Below are positions 9,317-18,148 of a DNA stretch of 38,574 nt, in pieces. The stretch is from assembly GCA_040235515.1 (NCBI GenBank), contig JBECKX010000210.1, positions 1 through 38,574 on the forward strand. Direction: 5' to 3'. The notes under the pieces were generated by a model. It saw only the letters and a list, made by a program, of their open reading frames with translations, was not told the DNA's origin and searched no databases. Origin of the DNA: Candidatus Zixiibacteriota bacterium (GTDB lineage: Bacteria > Zixibacteria > MSB-5A5 > CAIYYT01). The position numbers and the translations under genes were made by a program. How positions within the stretch are numbered: position 1 is the stretch's first letter; every line of letters starts with the position of its first letter.

Positions 9317-10357
9317 CTAGCGTACCTCTTTCCTGGATAGCTGCCGGAACCAGCCAGCAACGATCAGCATAAATAGCACCAATATAGAGAATACGATACG
9401 GCGGTCAAACAAAAACAAAGTAAAGACGAAGACCTGCAGCGCGGTTGCAACTCCCCAAAACACAAGCAGCGTATGGACTTGGCTGAATCCGCGTCTGGGG
9501 AGTACATGGTAGAGGTGGCCGAGGTCGGCCCGGAAAACCGGCCTGCCGGTGGCCAGGCGGCGCGAGAAACTGAGGGCAAGTTCGAGCAATGGAACACCGA
9601 GCGCCAGCAGCGGAATGAACATCGCCACGACCGTATAGCTCTTGATCGGACAGTAGATAGCCATCACCGCGAGAATGAAACCGAGCGATTGCGAGCCGGA
9701 GTCCCCCAGGAAGATTTTTGCCGGTGGAAAATTGTAGCGTAAGAAGGCGAGGACGACCGCAATGGTCACCGTCGAGATCGCCGCCACGACCGGAATACTC
9801 AGCGCAAGCGCCGTGTAGAGCAGCCCGACTGCCGCGATGATCGAAAGCCCCGAGGCCAGGCCATCCATTCCGTCGATGATGTTCAGTGCATTGACTATCG
9901 CCATCAGCCAGAACGCCGTGGCAAGAAAGCTGATCAACGGCGGCAACGGGAAAGAACCGGTGAACGGAACGTAAATAGTGTGCACCTTCAGCCCGCCTGC
10001 GAAGAGAATCGCAACTGAACCAAGTTGAATGGCAAGCTTCGTGATCGCAGACAGCGGCTTGCGATCGTCGATTACGCCACCGAGAAAGATCACCAGGTGT
10101 GCGAGCGCGATGTAGAGCAGATATGGCGTCAGTTCTGCGGCGACACGCTGGTCCACCTGCAGAAACGCCAGGACGCCGAGCCAGAATCCGATGAATATCA
10201 GCCAGCCGCCTGTGTTGGGGATCGGGGTGCGGTGCCGCTTCCGCCCCGCCGGGTGATCGAGGAAGCCAATCGCGATCGAAAGGCGGATCAAAAGCGGGTA
10301 GGCAAAATAGCAGACCAGGAACAGTGCGATGGCAACGGCGATGTATGTGATGATCAT
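9317..10357 (-). CDS. WecA/TagO/MraY-family polyprenyl-phosphate sugar-1-phosphate transferase (GT4)
   Basis: RKRH..PIPNTGG, GVIDD, NALNIIDGMDGLA, YNFPPAKIFLGDSGS, HLYH; multiple TMs. Confidence 0.9.
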   Translation of the reverse strand: MIITYIAVAIALFLVCYFAYPLLIRLSIAIGFLDHPAGRKRHRTPIPNTGGWLIFIGFWLGVLAFLQVDQRVAAELTPYLLYIALAHLVIFLGGVIDDRKPLSAITKLAIQLGSVAILFAGGLKVHTIYVPFTGSFPLPPLISFLATAFWLMAIVNALNIIDGMDGLASGLSIIAAVGLLYTALALSIPVVAAISTVTIAVVLAFLRYNFPPAKIFLGDSGSQSLGFILAVMAIYCPIKSYTVVAMFIPLLALGVPLLELALSFSRRLATGRPVFRADLGHLYHVLPRRGFSQVHTLLVFWGVATALQVFVFTLFLFDRRIVFSILVLFMLIVAGWFRQLSRKEVR

Positions 10358-11223
10358 GCTTCCTCCCTACGACGGAAAAGCTGAAGCACACTGACGATCG
10401 CCAGGTTGATCATTAGTTTGACACCAAGCCAGAGGTTTGCCAGTCGTTTTTCGGGATAATGCTTCCGGAAGAACAGCCAGACCGACTTGTGTTGATGAAA
10501 CTTCATGCGTAGTGGGTGCTGTTTGGTTGAGGCCCCCCACTGGTGCCGGACCGTCAAATCACCCAGATAGGCCAGGTCATACCCGGCTGCATGTAGCCGC
10601 TTGCAGAGATCGGTGTCTTCCACGTACATGAAAAAGCGTTCGTCAAATCCTCCGAGCTGGCGGAACGTGTTCGTGGTAATCAACATAAAGGTCGCCGCCA
10701 TAGCCTCGACCGACTTACGCGATTCGTCGGCTTCCAGTGTGTAGTCTCCCTTTCCGACCTTCAGGACAGCACCGCGTGATCGCCCGATATTTGCATGAGT
10801 AGGCATCCGTCTGATCGTCGAACAGGGGCGACCGTCAGGATAGAGCGTCCGGGGTGAACACGCTGCGCAATCGGGCTTGTGCTGCAAGTACTGAACCATC
10901 GGGGTTACTATGTCAGCCGTTATCTCGCAATCGGAGTTTGCAAAGAGAAGATAATCTCCGCGGGCCTTCGTGGCCAGCCGGTTACAGCCGGCGGCAAATC
11001 CGAGATTACTCTCGCTGGCTTCAACAATGATGCCTTTTGCGGGCAGATCATTCGGGGTAACGAGAAAGCCCGGTCGACAACCATTGTTCAGGATCAGCAC
11101 TTCGTATGAAATGGAGCCGAGATTTTTCAAGATCGATTCGACCAGGGTTCTAACGAGCCGTGGGGTATTGTAGTTGAGTATCAGGATTGAGACTGCCGGG
11201 CGCGTCTCAGCACTAGCAGGCAT
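10354..11223 (-). CDS. Glycosyltransferase family 2 (WbbL/rhamnosyltransferase-like)
   Basis: ILNYN, NLGFAAGCN, FANSD, GGFDERFFMYVEDTDLC. Confidence 0.9.
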   Translation of the reverse strand: MPASAETRPAVSILILNYNTPRLVRTLVESILKNLGSISYEVLILNNGCRPGFLVTPNDLPAKGIIVEASESNLGFAAGCNRLATKARGDYLLFANSDCEITADIVTPMVQYLQHKPDCAACSPRTLYPDGRPCSTIRRMPTHANIGRSRGAVLKVGKGDYTLEADESRKSVEAMAATFMLITTNTFRQLGGFDERFFMYVEDTDLCKRLHAAGYDLAYLGDLTVRHQWGASTKQHPLRMKFHQHKSVWLFFRKHYPEKRLANLWLGVKLMINLAIVSVLQLFRRREEA

Positions 11224-11235
11224 ACGATTGCTCGG

Positions 11236-11985
11236 TTATTTCCGCTTGCCGAAACCAAACAGACGCTTCAGGCGGTGCGGTATTGACTGGAGCCCGAGAT
11301 AGAGCACCATAAATACAGCCTCGTAGATAATTCTCTTGGAGAACTTTGAGTGGCCCGCCTCGCGCTCGACGAAGACGATCGGGATTTCCCTGATCCTGTA
11401 CCCCTTCAGCCAGACGCGGAAACTGACTTCGATCTGGAACGAGTAACCATTCGATCGAATTGAATCGAGCTCAAGCGACTCAAGGACTTCCCGGCGGAAA
11501 CACTTGAACCCGCCGGTGGCATCTTTGACCGGCAGTCCGGTAACAACCCGGGAGTAGACATTCGCATAGTAGGAGATCGCCCAGCGAGTTTTGGGCCAGT
11601 TCTCCACTCCACCTCCGGGGATGTAGCGCGATCCGAGGGAGAGGTCACAGGTCTCGATATTCTTGAGGTGGTCAGCCAGATACTTCGGCTGGTGCGAGAA
11701 GTCGGCATCCATCTCGAAGATATAGTCATACTTTTTCTCGATGCCGTACTTGAACCCGGCGATGTATGCACGCCCCAGTCCCTGCTTGCCGGGCCTGTGC
11801 AGCACACTGACGCGCGGCTCCGAGGCAGCCATTCGGTCGGCTATCTCACCGGTGCCATCGGGCGAGTTGTCATCCACAACCAGTACTTCAATGCGCGGGT
11901 CCACCTCGAGAATCCGAGCGGTAATCCGTTCAACATTGTCTTTTTCATTGTAGGTTGGGAGAAGGACGAGGGCGCGTTCGCTCAC
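11236..11985 (-). CDS. Polyprenol monophospho-sugar synthase (Ppm1/DPM1-like GT2)
   Basis: PTYNEKDN, VVDDNSPDGT, GLGRAYIAGF, EMDADFSH, GSRY, DATGGFKC, GYSFQIE. Confidence 0.92.
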   Translation of the reverse strand: MSERALVLLPTYNEKDNVERITARILEVDPRIEVLVVDDNSPDGTGEIADRMAASEPRVSVLHRPGKQGLGRAYIAGFKYGIEKKYDYIFEMDADFSHQPKYLADHLKNIETCDLSLGSRYIPGGGVENWPKTRWAISYYANVYSRVVTGLPVKDATGGFKCFRREVLESLELDSIRSNGYSFQIEVSFRVWLKGYRIREIPIVFVEREAGHSKFSKRIIYEAVFMVLYLGLQSIPHRLKRLFGFGKRK

Positions 11986-14483
11986 GCTGTATTACCTCCG
12001 GTTGCCTGGTCGCCGGTGGTATTCTTTTTTCTACCTACGATCACCAGTGCGACTAATCCAAGGATTGAAACGGCGAATGTTAAGAGCGTAATCCATTTGC
12101 CGGTCTGAAAACGGGGCCAATCCCAGTAGAACTGAACTTCGTGAGTTCCAGCCGGCAGCGCAACCGCACGAAAAGTATGGTTCGCTTTCAGGATCGGCTG
12201 AGTCGTGCCATCCACCCTGACTTTCCAGCCGGGAAAATCGTTATCTGAGACAAACAGCAGCCCCGGGGCGGCGAGTGTGACGCGGTAGGTCTGTTGCTCG
12301 ATCTCATAACTGACGACTTCGGCGCTTTCGCGGGCTGTCGAATCTGGTAGCTGCGGTCGCGGCTCAGGCTCCTCGTAAAGCATCAGCGTCGACAGGTAGG
12401 GATAGTCCGGCGACAGCAACCTGTTGAGTGATGTCGTGTCATCTTCTACAACTTCATACTGATGAAAGATCGTCGCGCGTGGAAGGACACCGGGCACCTC
12501 AAAGACATTGACCTCACGGCCATACACGCGGGTGTAGCCCTCCTCTTTCGGCAGTCCGACATTCTGATCGACCACAACATAGCGAGTATTGGTAAGCTGG
12601 AATGCCGGTTTGAGTAGTCCACTCGGTCCCATCAGATGGCGGAAGCTGAGGCCGCCGACGAACTCATCGAAGCTCTTCAATTGAGCACCATGATAGCCAG
12701 TCAACTGCTGGATATGATTCATGGCAAAATAGTTCTTGGAAGAGAAACTCTGCCGCGTGAGATTGATCACCCGGAAGGGGCCCGGTTGGGATTCGAGCAT
12801 ATCGACAACCGGGGCACGCGGGAAAAACTGTGCAAATGGCGCGGTGTCGATAAAGCGGAAATCGACGCGCCAGAGATCAACGAGTGAGATGAAGATCAAT
12901 GCTGCGATCGCTGCCTGGCCTAATGCCCTGCCCATATAGGCACGGATAATGAAAATCGCAATCCAGGTTAATATGGTGATCAACCACAGGCTGGTTTTGA
13001 TCGTCCCCAGGGTTCCGATCATCGCCTGCTGATTGTCGGGAGTGATCTGTGTATAGAAGATCGATTTGTAAACCGACATCAATCCCTCACCCGCAAATGT
13101 GAACAGGATTGCAGCGAGAGTCAGCACACCGGCGAAGATGATCAGCGCCCTGTTCAGCTTCTCGCGAGTCATCGCTCCCGCGTTCTCACGCAAGCTGCGG
13201 ATGGCATCAAGGCCAAATGCCGCAAGCATAGTGAAGGAGAAGGCGAAGAGGAACATGATCATCGATGGCGCACGCATTTTGCTGACATTCGGGATCACGG
13301 CAAAGAAGAGATGGAAGATTGGTGTCGTATCGCCGAGCGCGTAGATCAAAGCAAAGGCTGCCAGAGCAAGCAGGAACCAGGTTTCCCGGCGTGGCCAGAG
13401 GAAGATCCCCACGATTCCGAGCAACAGGGGGAAGAATCCGGCGTACTCGGTGTTATCCTTAAAAGGGTTCTTACCCCAGTAACCGCCGGCGTCCTTGCCA
13501 TCATCTACACCCGGGAAGAATGGAATAACCTGTCCCACCGCTTCCTCCGGGTTCATATCCCATGATGTCGCCCACTCGTAGCCACCCCGCCCTTCGGCGC
13601 CCTCACCTGCTCGAGGTGAGAACTCCTGAATATACTTGTAGGAGGGTAGCATCTGAATTGCTGAGCCGGCCAGCCCAATCACCACGGCCAGAACGAACAT
13701 CACAACCAGCCCGCCTGTTCGGGCGATACCGCGCTTGTCGACCAGCATCAGAATCACCTGATAGCCAAACCAGAAACCTAACGCCCAGAGGCTGAAGTAT
13801 GCCATCTGTGGGTGCGGCGTGAGTATGATAAAGGCGATCGTGAGACCGAGCGAAATGAACCATTTAAGCTGGAGCGTTTGAGTCCCCCGGTTGAGGAAGT
13901 AGAACGCCAGAGGAAAGAGCGCGGTAACGAACATTTTACCGTCATGGCCCGGGGCAACCATCGACACCAGGTAGCCGGAGAACATGTAGGCGACTCCTGC
14001 GAATGCCGAAGCCAGCTTCGAGAGCCCAAACCCACGCGCTGACAGATAAGCAAACAGCCCTGCCAGATAAACATGCAGCACCAGGCCCCAGCCGAAGGCG
14101 CGATAAACTTCATTAACCGGCCACAGTTCTTTCAGAATCAGGGTTGGGAGATAGAAGATATCACCGTGGAAAGCGTCCACGGGCGGCATGCCGCCGAAGA
14201 TATATGGGTTCCACTGGGGGACGGCGAAGTGAGTCTTGATATATTCAGTAATAAACTGGCGAAAGAAGATACCGGCTTGAATTGTGTCGGAGCTGTACAG
14301 CATCTCCGTAGCGGCGGAGAAGATAAACTTGTTGAAGAGGATGATCGTGAAGATCAGTGTGGCGCCGGCGTAGTAGAGCCAGAAGTGTTTGCCTCTCTCC
14401 AGGTCACCGATAAAATCCCCTCTTGGCCCGCGTTGAAGCGGTTCTCTGTTATCTTTCTGCGGTTGTCTTTTCTTTTTAGCCAC
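11982..14483 (-). CDS. YfhO-family GT-C membrane glycosyltransferase
   Basis: N-terminal SSD and WNPYIFGGMP, many TMs, C-terminal periplasmic domain with FPGWKVRVDG, ANHTFRAV.LPAGTHEV. Confidence 0.82.
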   Translation of the reverse strand: MAKKKRQPQKDNREPLQRGPRGDFIGDLERGKHFWLYYAGATLIFTIILFNKFIFSAATEMLYSSDTIQAGIFFRQFITEYIKTHFAVPQWNPYIFGGMPPVDAFHGDIFYLPTLILKELWPVNEVYRAFGWGLVLHVYLAGLFAYLSARGFGLSKLASAFAGVAYMFSGYLVSMVAPGHDGKMFVTALFPLAFYFLNRGTQTLQLKWFISLGLTIAFIILTPHPQMAYFSLWALGFWFGYQVILMLVDKRGIARTGGLVVMFVLAVVIGLAGSAIQMLPSYKYIQEFSPRAGEGAEGRGGYEWATSWDMNPEEAVGQVIPFFPGVDDGKDAGGYWGKNPFKDNTEYAGFFPLLLGIVGIFLWPRRETWFLLALAAFALIYALGDTTPIFHLFFAVIPNVSKMRAPSMIMFLFAFSFTMLAAFGLDAIRSLRENAGAMTREKLNRALIIFAGVLTLAAILFTFAGEGLMSVYKSIFYTQITPDNQQAMIGTLGTIKTSLWLITILTWIAIFIIRAYMGRALGQAAIAALIFISLVDLWRVDFRFIDTAPFAQFFPRAPVVDMLESQPGPFRVINLTRQSFSSKNYFAMNHIQQLTGYHGAQLKSFDEFVGGLSFRHLMGPSGLLKPAFQLTNTRYVVVDQNVGLPKEEGYTRVYGREVNVFEVPGVLPRATIFHQYEVVEDDTTSLNRLLSPDYPYLSTLMLYEEPEPRPQLPDSTARESAEVVSYEIEQQTYRVTLAAPGLLFVSDNDFPGWKVRVDGTTQPILKANHTFRAVALPAGTHEVQFYWDWPRFQTGKWITLLTFAVSILGLVALVIVGRKKNTTGDQATGGNTA

Positions 14484-14514
14484 TTAATCCCAATTCTTCA
14501 GACTGCGTTCCGAG

Positions 14515-15432
14515 CTAACGAACCCGCCAGGCGATGATAGTACAGATAACCTCTCCGATCATCGACCAGAGACGCGCTCCAATCACGACAATCCCGGCGC
14601 GTTCAGCCCCGATTACCGGTGCAAGCAGCAGTATGAGTGCCGCTTCGCGTGCCCCGATGCCGGCTGGAAGGACAATAGTCCAATAGCCTACGAGGTAGGC
14701 CAGGGTCCAGGCACCGATAGTTTCAATCAGGTTGAACTCGTAGCCCGGCAACACGGAGTTCAGGAAAAGATAAAAGCAGACTCCGTATAGGTTCCAGGTC
14801 AGAAAATAGTAGAAGAGCACTTGTAGACCTACCATTTTTTGCAACTGAAACTCCACCGCGGGTTGACGCGCCAGCCTGGTGAGTCCGAAGTTGAGGAGCT
14901 TTTTGAACAGGTTGGGCTGCAGGAAGATCACGAGGAAGATCACCAGTGCCAGAACCCCGGCCCAGGAGAAAGCGGAGTATTTGGCGTACGCGTTCGATGC
15001 CTGAATCACGAATAGGTAGAGGATAACAATCAGCAGTCCCGGCGGGGTTGCAAACACCTGTGCGAGGATAAATCCCGCGGTAGCTTCCTCGACCCGCACG
15101 CCCTCCTTCTTGGCCAGATAGGCAACCGCAAGCAATTGCCAGACTTTGCCCGGTACATAGCGACCAAGCTGGCCGAGGTATGCGACCTTGAACGCCTTCC
15201 AATAGCCGATTTTGCGCTGGAACAGGCCGATCATCTTTGACCAGATGGCGGATTGGCCCCAGAGCACAATCTGCATCAGGATCAACGATGCGCCCAGCAG
15301 CCAATAGTTGATTTCCCATTCAGCGGGCCGGAACTGTTTGAAGCTCTTGATGAAGACGGGCACCGTGAAATAGGCGAGAATGGCGATTACCGCCACCTGT
15401 ATGATATACTTGATGATCTTGTTACGTGTCAT
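14515..15432 (-). CDS. Lysylphosphatidylglycerol-synthase-TM/flippase-like (UPF0104) membrane protein
   Basis: GQLGRYVPGKVW, PAGIGAREA, RLWSM motifs; ~8 TMs. Confidence 0.8.
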   Translation of the reverse strand: MTRNKIIKYIIQVAVIAILAYFTVPVFIKSFKQFRPAEWEINYWLLGASLILMQIVLWGQSAIWSKMIGLFQRKIGYWKAFKVAYLGQLGRYVPGKVWQLLAVAYLAKKEGVRVEEATAGFILAQVFATPPGLLIVILYLFVIQASNAYAKYSAFSWAGVLALVIFLVIFLQPNLFKKLLNFGLTRLARQPAVEFQLQKMVGLQVLFYYFLTWNLYGVCFYLFLNSVLPGYEFNLIETIGAWTLAYLVGYWTIVLPAGIGAREAALILLLAPVIGAERAGIVVIGARLWSMIGEVICTIIAWRVR

Positions 15433-15591
15433 TTCAGTGCTGCAATCGTCGTCCAGAAATACTAAGGAGAGAACTTCCGCTATTTAGGAGGTGATGTCAA
15501 GGAATGAAGTAGAGAGTTGTGTTGCATGGTAAGCCTCGCGCAGTCGGTTTGTGATAATCAACTGCCTGTGAATCAATGGTTCGAATCGATA

Positions 15592-15606
15592 CCGGGTCAA
15601 GCCCGG
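15592..15606. repeat. REP-like hairpin CCGGG-TCAAG-CCCGG
   Basis: Perfect 5-bp stem with TCAAG loop in an intergenic region; single copy in the window. Confidence 0.35.
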
Positions 15607-15674
15607 AATACGACTCCCGGAGGTACGGTAGAGGGGTAAACGACGGTGTCGCTCCTGCTGTGAGAGATATTCCC

Positions 15675-15702
15675 TTGACTCGCAGGCACATTGGCATAGA
15701 AT
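15675..15702 (+). promoter_or_regulatory. Sigma70-like promoter TTGACT-16-TAGAAT
   Basis: Lies ~36 nt upstream of the formyltransferase ATG (15739). Confidence 0.5.
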
Positions 15703-15738
15703 TAGAGACCACTCGATTATGGAAGCTTGAAGAGAATA

Positions 15739-16434
15739 ATGACTGAAACTGACACAACCCCGCAGTTGCGCGATTTCATTCTGGTTGGAGAGGGCCGCCC
15801 GGCTCTCTACTGGCTGGCGCAACAACTTCAACCGAAGCTGACAATCGTCGAGCAGGAGTTGTGGAGCTACAAGCGACTGTTCAAGAAAGCCCTGCAGATC
15901 GGGATTCCGGCCATGCTGGTCAACGCTCGTTTGCGAAAGGAATTCGACAACCACCCACTATTCGAGAACGCCGGCCTGCTGCATCACATGCCGCGCAAGT
16001 TCGTGGAGAAAGTGAAATCGAAGGATGTGGAGGGGGAGCGGGTCTGTATCTTCGGGTCGTCAATCATCCGAAAGAAGACAATCCGGTTGTCGAAGGAGAT
16101 CGTGAATCTGCACCTTGGTTACCTTCCCGAGGTTGGGGGGAACAAGCCCGAGGTCTCTGCGATCGCAGATGGAAAGAAGGTTGGTGCGACGGTTCATTGG
16201 GTTACGACTGTAATCGACGGTGGGACGATTCTCGCTCGATGTGAGATTCCGGTTACAGCCAGGACGATCGTCGATCTCAAAATCGACCTGCTCAAGGCGG
16301 GCGTTGAACTGATCAAGCAATGGTACGAGGGGAATGTCGAGGAGATCGAGAATCCGCGCAGTGGATATTATGCAACTCCATCGTGGCGTGAGGTAAAAAA
16401 GGCGGAGCGACTACTCAGGGAAAGAAACCCGTAA
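15739..16434 (+). CDS. Formyltransferase family protein (Formyl_trans_N)
   Basis: IVNLHLGYLPEVGG, GATVHWV, IDGGTIL: Asn-His-Asp catalytic triad of PurN/Fmt-type enzymes. Confidence 0.8.
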   Translation: MTETDTTPQLRDFILVGEGRPALYWLAQQLQPKLTIVEQELWSYKRLFKKALQIGIPAMLVNARLRKEFDNHPLFENAGLLHHMPRKFVEKVKSKDVEGERVCIFGSSIIRKKTIRLSKEIVNLHLGYLPEVGGNKPEVSAIADGKKVGATVHWVTTVIDGGTILARCEIPVTARTIVDLKIDLLKAGVELIKQWYEGNVEEIENPRSGYYATPSWREVKKAERLLRERNP

Positions 16435-16600
16435 GCCACACCAATACGCGCGAGTATCAACTGATTTCCATACAGCAACAACCGCTGATATAGGCGTACG
16501 TCAGTACTGCTCTGGTTTGTGTGAGGGAATGAGTATGTGGTGCTGATCACAGTGTGATCAAGCGGTGAGCGTGCGAATGGTCGCGAAGCTGCAGGGTACG

Positions 16601-17143
16601 CTAGTCCTGAAGTTCAAACTTCAGCTTAGCCTTCACCGTAACTTCACGATCTCCGTGACCCGCCAATCGCGCTTCCAACGCTGCCGCCAACACCGCCTGC
16701 TCGAAGCCCCAGTTGGGAGTCGTGCAGGAAACGATCTTGGCATCCTTCATTTTCCCTTTCTCGTCGAAGGTCAGGTGGACCTCCACAACAGCCTCCTTGT
16801 TAACAAGGCGGGCTTTGCGCGGGAAAATGGGCTCAATGTACAACTTGTACTTTGAGGCATCCTCGACCCGGGTCGTATCGGCGGTGGTGATTTTACCCTG
16901 AGTCGTTGGCAACGCTCTCTTGATAGGTCGAGCTTTCTTCGGACCCATCAGTTTGTTTTCGATATCGATGAGTGGTTTGGTCTTACCACTCGATATGCCG
17001 GTGGCATACTTCTCCTCCGCGGCTTGCGCGGAGTCAGTCGGAACCACGATAGCGAAAACAAAGAGAACCGCGACAGCGATCAGCATAAGACGCGCGAGAT
17101 GGCTCTCTGGCGCGAATTGCCGAGCAGATGAGTTCGCTGTCAT
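16601..17143 (-). CDS. TonB C-terminal domain protein with predicted cleavable signal peptide
   Basis: Hydrophobic h-region then SAQA|AEE; PIFPRKAR..KEAVVEV, FEQAVLAA; GAGGAGG RBS before ATG 17143. Confidence 0.75.
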   Translation of the reverse strand: MTANSSARQFAPESHLARLMLIAVAVLFVFAIVVPTDSAQAAEEKYATGISSGKTKPLIDIENKLMGPKKARPIKRALPTTQGKITTADTTRVEDASKYKLYIEPIFPRKARLVNKEAVVEVHLTFDEKGKMKDAKIVSCTTPNWGFEQAVLAAALEARLAGHGDREVTVKAKLKFELQD

Positions 17144-17421
17144 TTTTCCTCCTCTCAACCGGGTCTGAGCTGGTGAGTGCTCAATCCTCCGGTTCCCTAA
17201 TCGCCTGGACTCCATCGAGAGTCCATTGTCTATAAACAACAGAACCTGTCTTATAGTTTCGTCACACGAATGTAAAATGAACGTAGCGAAATTCACACAA
17301 TTTACAGTCGCGAACTATATTCATCCACCTCGGCGTGCTCGGATGCCGCTCGGCCCATGGCCGTTGGGATGCTGTCAATGCGGGTTGTTTGGGTCTGTTG
17401 AGACAATTCCTATCTGAATAT

Positions 17422-17449
17422 AATACGTAACACTCTACATCCGTCAAGA
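17422..17449 (-). promoter_or_regulatory. Candidate sigma70 promoter (TTGACG-16-TATTAT) for the fourth TonB-domain gene
   Basis: cgtcaa and ataata on the + strand in an AT-rich intergenic stretch. Confidence 0.35.
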
Positions 17450-17502
17450 GGATTCAGACCGATTTAGTGCATTTCGCGCAGTGAAACCGGCAGTTGGCAC
17501 CT

Positions 17503-18000
17503 TTAGCCTTCAGCCTCGTGGTGTTCTCTGAGCCTGAACTGGACCTCATACGCTACCCAGATTGAAACAGGCTGCTCTTTCGCCCTGGCCGGCTCCCAGG
17601 TCGTATTGATCGCCGACTGCAGAGCGGCTTTTTCGAAGCCGACATTTTTCCCCGCTGGCTCCAGAATTCGAGCTTCCGCAACTCTTCCGCTCAGATCAAC
17701 CAGGACCTGTACCCAAACCTCTCCTTCGATTCCGTTTTCTCTTGCCTCCTCAGGGTAGATGGGAGCTGATTTCTCCAACATCTTCGGCTGCTGATCGACC
17801 TCAATGAATGCCTCCGTCGAGGGACGATCAGTACCGGCTTCTGCAGCTTCGATCTCTACCTTCCAGTGCCATGAGCCGACGATCGAAACGGCCTCACCAA
17901 ACTGCGTCTTGGTGACAGCGGTCTCTTCCTGGGATACGATTTCGCTTTCAGCACACCCGAGAGCACACAGCAGAAGTATGCCCATTACCAGACAACGCAT
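17503..18000 (-). CDS. Lipoprotein with TonB C-terminal domain
   Basis: MRCLVMGILLLCALG|C lipobox; PIYPEEARENGIEGEVWVQVLVD, WEPA, VQFRL; AGGAG RBS. Confidence 0.8.
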   Translation of the reverse strand: MRCLVMGILLLCALGCAESEIVSQEETAVTKTQFGEAVSIVGSWHWKVEIEAAEAGTDRPSTEAFIEVDQQPKMLEKSAPIYPEEARENGIEGEVWVQVLVDLSGRVAEARILEPAGKNVGFEKAALQSAINTTWEPARAKEQPVSIWVAYEVQFRLREHHEAEG

Positions 18001-18148
18001 TTCATTCTCCTTTCGACAGAGCAATTAGATTCCCGCACGTCGCCGGAGCAATGACAGTTCCAAGGTGGAGATTCTAAGACCTGCAGGGTATCCCACTCGC
18101 TATTCCGAATGATGGATACTACGGTATAAGATAGTTGTCAGCCCCTCC

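Noticed and set aside
9405..10391. 328-aa alternative-frame ORF overlapping the WecA-like gene
   Set aside because: Arg/Pro/His-rich shadow frame with no motifs; the overlapping frame has clear GT4 motifs
15560..15680. Possible tRNA or 6S RNA in the intergenic region (contains GGTTCGAATC)
   Set aside because: T-loop-like word present, but no cloverleaf, acceptor stem or long 6S duplex could be built
15484..15954. 156-aa minus-strand ORF across the divergent promoter region
   Set aside because: Overlaps the formyltransferase antisense and its promoter; no protein-like features
17160..17230. Possible cobalamin or fluoride riboswitch upstream of a TonB-domain gene
   Set aside because: Only fragments (AGGGAACCGG; GATGGAGT) match; B12-box and crcB pseudoknot elements not found
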